Assembly: GCF_006345805.1 (NCBI RefSeq)
Contig: NW_021826490.1
Span: 1 to 12,803 of the forward strand
Reading direction: 5' to 3'
From: Octopus sinensis
Lineage: Eukaryota
Length of the DNA stretch: 12,803 nt
The position numbers were made by a program, and so were the translations under genes. Below are positions 6,926 to 12,803 of the stretch, one piece after another. The notes beneath the pieces are model-generated. The model was not told the DNA's origin and searched no databases. It saw only the letters and a list, made by a program, of their open reading frames with translations. Numbering within the stretch: position 1 is the first letter of the stretch; each line of letters starts with the position of its first letter.

Positions 6926-8342
6926 TATTTCAATATTTTGCCATAAAGGCACAACATAGAGGGGACACTACAAAACATGTGGGGACATATGACAATTAAA
7001 AATATGTAAGAATAAAATATGATACTGTGAGTGATATGAAAATGAACATGAGAAAATAAATTAAGGCTATGATAACATGCATGATATCTGAAAATGAAAC
7101 TATTAAGAGTGTGCTACTCACCCCACACTGAGTAACACCACTCACCGCCTCTGAGTCCTAATTCTTCTTTAGTCTCTGGTCTAGCCCTTCTATTTCCACT
7201 CTCACTATCGCTCAATGACAACACTCTTTTGTAGCTTTTTTCACCGGGGGAGGGGGGTCTTCTAAATTCTGTGGTATCTGCTCTTTTTTCTTTTTCTTTT
7301 TTTTCCTGTGGGAAAGGGGTGGGTGAGTTTGGTGTTTGTATAGGGCAGGTGCATCTGAGTGGTCTTGAGTGGGATGGAGTTGGACTGGGGTACCACATCA
7401 CATTCAGTGTTCTTTTCTTCCTCTTCCTTCTGCTCTGTTATTATCCATTCTTCCTCTCTTTTCTCCTCTGTCTCCACAACTGGTTTGTCTGTTGTTTCAT
7501 CTATTGTTTTCGTCTATAGAAGGCAGTGTACTCTAATGTAGCCCTTTTGGCCACATTTAAAACAACGTGGGACTCTGCCCTCCACCTACACCCATAACAC
7601 AATTTCTCCCAACATCACTGTCTCTGACAGACTCTCTAGCTGCTTCTCTGCCTGCAGGATGAGATCCAGTGATTTCCCTCTCCATCCTCCTTCTCACTTC
7701 CAACGAAGACGGCTGCCTCGACACAAGTCACTTCTATATCAGGTGGGTTTGCTTCCACCCTTAACTTGGAAGTCTTTCTTCCAAGATATGTGGGCAGAAG
7801 CACCACCTCTTCCGTCCCTGCAGCCACAATCGCCAGCCTCATCGCCTCTTCCATAGTCCTAAACTGGACGACCACTGTCCCTTATTTACATCCTTTGGTT
7901 ATATACATTATTTGGTTCAACTGCTTCCTTAGCGCTTTTTCTATTATTTCCGCTTCCACCTGTTCAGCCTTTTTGTTCTTCAGCGGATGCACCCTATAGG
8001 TGATAGTTTTCCTCTCCATTTGCTCCATGATTCTTTTAGGCGGCGACAACTTCACATCACCACCCACCTTCTGCATTATTTTTCCATATTTCTTTAGTCC
8101 AGCCAGGTCTACATCCTTTCTCTATTCCTCCGCCACCTCAGAAAAACTTCTTGTTCTCTCCAATATTCCGTCCATTCTTCTCACCGCCTTCACCAGGTCC
8201 TCCTCCACTGAAGACAATTCAGATCCGCTAAAGTCTGAATACATTTTCTCTAAACCGCTGCCAAGCAGCACAAAAATCCTGTCCGACTCTCAAAAAACAA
8301 AAACACAAACCAGCAACTGAATTAATGCATGCGCAGTAACCA
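6926..8342 (-). mobile_element. 1.42-kb ORF1-only non-LTR retroposon (HAL1/half-LINE-like) with a 14-bp TSD
   Basis: TSD GAAGAAAGCTTCTT (6912-6925) / GAAGCAAGCTTCTT (8343-8356), 1 mismatch. It has a ~100-nt 5' UTR, a decayed gag-like ORF1 and a T-rich 3' UTR ending in AATAAA (tttatt 6924-6929). There is no room for endonuclease or reverse transcriptase. Confidence 0.8.
7114..8244 (-). pseudogene. Disrupted ORF1 (gag-like nucleic-acid-binding protein; RRM-like motif plus CCHC zinc knuckle), L1/Tx1-like
   Basis: From ATG at 8244: MYSDFSGSELSSVEEDLVKAVRR...EE*RKDV...KGCK*GTVVVQFRTMEEAMRL...LLPTYLGRKTSKLRVEANPPDIEV..., frameshift at ~7680, then ...SLDLILQAEKQLESLSETV...WV*VEGRVPR-CFKCGQKG(Y)IRVHC (7523-7564, CX2CX4[H>Y]X4C), then an acidic and basic low-complexity tail. 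In-frame stops at 8122-8124, 7882-7884, 7586-7588 and 7514-7516. Confidence 0.8.
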
Positions 8343-8378
8343 GAAGCAAGCTTCTTACCACACAGCCACGCCTGCACT
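8343..8378 (-). mobile_element. 5' head remnant of the SINE family A copy at 6590-6925
   Basis: gaagcaagcttcttaccacacagccacgcctgcac is the reverse complement of the SINE 5' end containing the A box. Confidence 0.85.
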
Positions 8379-8719
8379 TATGTATACAAAGGTAGAGGAA
8401 TGCTAGCTGCAATATATTGTGTGTTGAAATACAGAGCATGCTTGAATCATCAGACACTGATGTTTCAACTTCATTTGTTCTCCTCAGTGATGAGCAACTT
8501 TCCCCAGATAAATCTAAGCAAAGTTGAAATATTAGTTTCGATATAGAAATCGGTAAACAAAATATTTTACCCGAAGAGTTTTGTCACTGACAGAATGTCG
8601 TCAGCAGATCTGGCAAACTCCTAGCGACATTCTAGGTGAGACTATTTTTGACGCAAAAACAATCTCTGAAAGTTTCTCTGAGACACAACATTACAGCTAG
8701 TATCGTTCTAGTTTTGTAA

Positions 8720-8925
8720 ATACATTGTAAATGTTATACGCATTGGTATAAATATATGTAGGCATATACGTATGTACATGTGCTTAGTATAATCTCTTTC
8801 TCTATGTGCGTGTGTGTGTATATGTATATATATATATATATATGCATGTGTGTGTATATATATATGCATGTGCGTGTATATGTATTTGTATGTATGTCTA
8901 TATGTGTTTGTGTATATTATAAACA

Positions 8926-8956
<31 letters not shown>

Positions 8957-9202
8957 GTATGTATCTCTCTATATATATATAATATATATGTATTTAACTA
9001 TCTATCTATCTATATGTATCTAACTATCTATCTCTATATTTATACGTATCTAACTATCTATCTATATATTTATATGTATCTAAGTATATATGTATCTATC
9101 TATCTATCTATATACATGTATGTATGTATGTATCTATATCTATGTATATATATATATATATATATATGCATGTATGTATACATGTATGTGTTTATCTAAG
9201 GA

Positions 9203-9236
<34 letters not shown>

Positions 9237-9331
9237 CACTATTTATATTTGCATTTACAACTAATGTCATACAAAAAAATGTGGGTGTGTATGTATATAT
9301 ATATATATTTATGTATCTATGTATGTGTGTG

Positions 9332-9418
<87 letters not shown>

Positions 9419-9452
9419 GTGTGTGTGTGTGAATCTATCTATATGTATGTAT
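8720..9452. repeat. Long compound microsatellite tract (TA, TG, TATG, TATC)
   Basis: Includes (TATC)n at ~9333-9418. It is the source of the spurious Y/I/C-rich ORFs. Confidence 0.95.
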
Positions 9453-9458
9453 AGTACC

Positions 9459-9773
9459 TTGGATCGTAGGGTGACATGCTGTTCTTGAGGAGACCTAATG
9501 AGTCAAGTACATCAACATCAATAGCAATATCAAAATCAAATCAAATGAAAATTGTAGTTGTGAGCCCCGTGCCGGTAGCATGTAAAAAGCACCATCCGAA
9601 TGTGCCACTTTGACTGGCTTCCGTGCTGGTGGCACATAAAACCACCATGTGATTGTGGTCAATGCCAGCCCCTCTGGCCCCTGTGCCGGTGGCACGTAAA
9701 GAACACCCACTACACTCTTGGAATGGTTGGCGTTAGGAAGGGCATCGAGCTGTAGAAACACTGCCGGATCAGA
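9459..9773 (+). mobile_element. Retroposon family D internal/3' fragment, 3'-truncated
   Basis: Shares ggtggcacgtaaa...cacccactacact...ttaggaagggcatc...gtagaaac..tgcc.gatcaga with 4605-4795 (inverted). It contains three GTGCCGGTGGCAC-type sub-repeats. Confidence 0.75.
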
Positions 9774-10042
9774 ATGAATACTCTACTTCTGTGTCGAGAA
9801 TCTTTCTGACTTGTTTACCAGCTCAAATCTTTAGTGTGTTGTGCGTATGTATGCGGGCAGTGTCCGATGATTGTGTTGGGACAACAGACATGCTATAAAA
9901 CAATGTGGACCTGTTCTCAGCACATGAAACTAATAGTAGCACCTAAAAACATATTGTGTTTACAAAATGATATTTATCTCTCACCAGATGGAGTACTTTT
10001 CTTGCTGATCTCAGAACATGCACCATATACCTGTGTGTGTGT

Positions 10043-10085
<43 letters not shown>

Positions 10086-10104
10086 GATATGTATTATGTA
10101 AAAT

Positions 10105-10555
10105 TTTTCCTTCATTCAGTCATTGGATTAAGGCTATTTGAGTGCAACCGTCTTGAAGGGTGGTAGTCGAACAAACTGACGCAATACTTCTTTGTACTTA
10201 GTACTTATTCTGTCGGGTTTCTTTTTGCCAAACCTCTAAGTTAAGAGGACGTAAACAAAAAAAACGGTTGTCAAGCAATGATGAGGGACAAAGATGCTTA
10301 TGTCTGTATATATATTATGTAGATTTGGAAGACAGAAACTGAAAAAGAGCCCATGCACACAATCACACACTCACGCACGCAGACACACACACAGAACGGC
10401 CTTTTTTTTTTTTTTTTTTTCAATTTCAGTCTTTCAAATCTACTCACAATCATTCGGTCGGTCTGGGGTTGTAGGAAAAGACATTCGGAGAAGGTTCCAC
10501 GCAGTAGGAATGAACCTAGAAACATGGTGTTAGGAAGAAATCTCTTTAACACACA
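10105..10555 (-). mobile_element. Highly degenerate SINE family A copy with an internal inverted fragment
   Basis: cagtcattgg...gtcgaacaaa...agtacttattctgtcgg...ggttgtcaagcaatg...ttcagtctttcaaatctactcaca...ccacgcagtaggaatgaacc match the family A antisense strand. Confidence 0.75.
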
Positions 10556-11129
10556 CACACACTTCATGTAAGACAGTTGTGACAGTGAAATGATATTCAG
10601 AAAACTGTGGAACTTCTTTGTTCAACTGGCGCCTCTAGAGAGAAAGACAAATATAGTGATGGTTGTATGCGCATGTGTTTGTTTGTATGGGGTGGGTAGC
10701 GCCATAGTATGATGGTATTAAGGTAAGATTTTGCCCTGCAGCTAATATCTTTTAATAGAAGACTTGGTTATATAAGATATACCGCGCACACTTAATATCC
10801 GTAAATGAGAAATGGCCACGCTGTATGTTTGTGCATGTATCTCCCGATAGACGCTATTTTCAATTTGATTCATCGGTTGGACAAAGGTTTGCGTGTCGCC
10901 ACACACACACGTACACACTAACACACGCATATACATCCATGCGCTCACAGATGCACGCATACATACGTGTAGGCACGTACATATATATACTGGCAAATGC
11001 TCGCGCGCGCTCACCCACACATTTCTCTGGTATAAGATTTTAGTTGGGTAATATCTACCCCTGCAACTAATATTCTTAGATTGGCTGCCGTGAGAGTCAT
11101 TTGAGAAAGTCCTACTCTCGCAGATAAAC

Positions 11130-11800
11130 CGTTTTCTTTGTCTTTGAGCAGCTATTTTTTCTCATGGCTCGCCTACTTTTATTATAATTTATCAATTTTC
11201 TCTCATCTTATTTAATGTTTTTCCCCCTGTTTCTTCTTGTTTATTTCCCTCCTCCCCTGCTTCACTTCCTTCCTTGATTTTAGACGTGTTTTCTCTATCA
11301 CCCCTCTTCTCTTTCCTTTGCGTAGCCCATTTTTTCTCTAAAGAAACAAAATATCTTACCCTACTCCCAATTATCGCTTCGCCTTCTTTACTCCCTTTTA
11401 TTGTCCCCCTCTCTTTTCTCATCCCTGGCCTAGCTCTCTCTCTCTCTCTCTCTCTCTACCTCCCCCTCTCTCTTTAATAATCTTCCACTCTCTTTAATCT
11501 GTTATTTTCTCCTCCCACCTCCTCTTTCTACCCTATCGCCACTCATCACACATAAGGCGCGCGCGATCCCTGTTACGTTTTGTTTTTCTTAGCGCTTATT
11601 TCACTCACAATTCTAGCCTCACTAATTATATACAACTCCTCTTTAGTACAAGCCACCGTTATTTTTCTAGTCCTCTTTTCTTCACTCTCTCTTTCATACA
11701 CACATGTATCACTCTTTCTCTCTATTTCCTACTCTCTTGTAATATTCTTTCTTTCTTTCTTTCACGTTCAATCATTATATGCTTTCTTCATCCCTCTCAC
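11130..11800. repeat. CT-rich (polypyrimidine) low-complexity region including (CT)n at 11434-11457
   Basis: Strong strand-biased pyrimidine composition. Confidence 0.8.
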
Positions 11801-11938
11801 TTAAAAAAAAAGTTGAGAGGTGATGTACTGAGTGACTTCGAGAGGGGGGGTACCTTCAATTAATTGAATTGCTCTGTTAGAGAAAGAAATCAAAAACCTA
11901 ACGGTAATTGTTAGTAGCTCTCACACCAAAAGGGAGAT

Positions 11939-12000
11939 AATTTCAAGAAATTGAGCATTAATTTCAAGAAATTGAGCATTAATTTCACTAAATTGATTTA
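11939..12000 (+). repeat. 21-bp tandem duplication (2 perfect copies plus 1 degenerate)
   Basis: AATTTCAAGAAATTGAGCATT at 11939 and 11960; aatttcactaaattgattta at 11981. Confidence 0.9.
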
Positions 12001-12422
12001 GGAGGAAATTGTTGTTTGCAAAGGAGGGGAAACAACTACAAACCTGTTTTGGTATTATTCGACCTCAACAGCAGTGTTTAGTTTACTCAAACCTAGCTTT
12101 GACTGTAGACAAGGTAATTACAAAGATATTTGGCTGGAATTATTTGCATAAAATTAAAAAAAAAAAAAAAAAAAAGGAAATGAGCCAAGGGAAATGACTC
12201 AAATAGACCAATGGAGTCTTATTTCTTCTACCTGGATGTTTCATTAATAAATAAATTGTTTTTGTGTATATGTTCCCTATACTATTCTTCTTATATTGTA
12301 CTGGTTTTCTTTTTTTCTTGCTTTCTGTCCCCTTCCTTCGCCCCGTCATCGTTTTCCTTCAATCCCATCTCCTCTTTTGTATTTTCTCTCTCACCTATTT
12401 GAATCCCACCCTCTCTATCTCT

Positions 12423-12677
12423 CCCCTCCCTTTTCTCTAATACCCTTTTTCCTATCTCACTCTCACCTTACTTCAGACGACCATCTCTCCCTATTTCTCT
12501 TTCTTTCCCCCTCCCTTTTCTCTCATACCCTTTTTTCTATCTCACTCTCACCTTACTTCAGACGACCATCTCTCCCTATTTCTCTTTCTTTCCCCCTCCC
12601 TTTTCTCTAATACCCTTTTTCCTATCTCACTCTCACCTTACTTCAGACGACCATCTCTCCCTATTTCTCTTTCTTTC
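12423..12677 (+). repeat. 85-bp pyrimidine-rich minisatellite, 3 copies
   Basis: CTTCAGACGA at 12471, 12556 and 12641. Copies 1 and 3 look identical, and copy 2 differs at 2 positions. Confidence 0.95.
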
Positions 12678-12803
12678 TTTCGACACTCCTCTTTTAAACT
12701 TTCTTCATTATTCCGTCTTTCTTACTTGCTGCGCCTTTTCTTCAAATCTACACGCATCCCCCCCTTCGTTCGCTCACACTATCACTCACTGCACCCTCTT
12801 TAC

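Noticed and set aside
8000-8320. + strand ORFs 7271-7541, 7659-7999 and 8000-8320
   Set aside because: They are antisense shadows of the decayed - strand ORF1, which carries the recognisable motifs.
8488-8636. Candidate + strand exon (ctcctcAG ... AG|GTGAGA)
   Set aside because: There are stops in all three frames. A non-coding exon cannot be excluded but has no support.
8708-9488. Y/I/C/V-rich ORFs (69-139 aa)
   Set aside because: They are translations of TA/TG/TATC microsatellites, which lack stop codons in some frames.
9569-9707. Mini CRISPR-like repeat-spacer array
   Set aside because: There are only three degenerate repeats, embedded in a dispersed retroposon also seen at 4605-4795, with no cas context.
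11192-12610. Hydrophobic F/L/S-rich or K/E/R-rich ORFs resembling membrane proteins
   Set aside because: These are compositional artefacts of CT-rich low-complexity DNA and the 85-bp VNTR.

Overview
This is AT-rich eukaryotic non-coding DNA with no intact protein-coding gene. From recalled repeat motifs it looks like Octopus/coleoid cephalopod (an inference, not a search result). It is dominated by tRNA-headed SINEs, decayed non-LTR retrotransposon pieces and microsatellites. Most ORFs in the supplied track are artefacts of microsatellites or SINEs. Main observations: (1) A 1.42-kb element at 6926-8342 (- strand) is bounded by a 14-bp target-site duplication (TSD) and inserted in a SINE head. 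It carries only a decayed gag-like ORF1 (RRM-like motif plus CCHC knuckle) and a 3' UTR, with no ORF2, like a 'half-LINE' (HAL1-type) retroposon. (2) Its terminal ~60 bp resemble both the 3' end of an L1/Tx1-like ORF2 remnant at ~293-1010 and the tail of a SINE at 523-747. This suggests a LINE / ORF1-only element / SINE trio sharing one 3' recognition tail. (3) A young SINE at 2373-3580 has its 3' module amplified into 8 tandem ~113-bp hairpin-bearing units and is nested in an older SINE. (4) A neighbouring inverted SINE has a duplicated 113-bp Pol III promoter head. Minor signals are two Helitron-like termini, a CpG/E-box cluster and an 85-bp VNTR.
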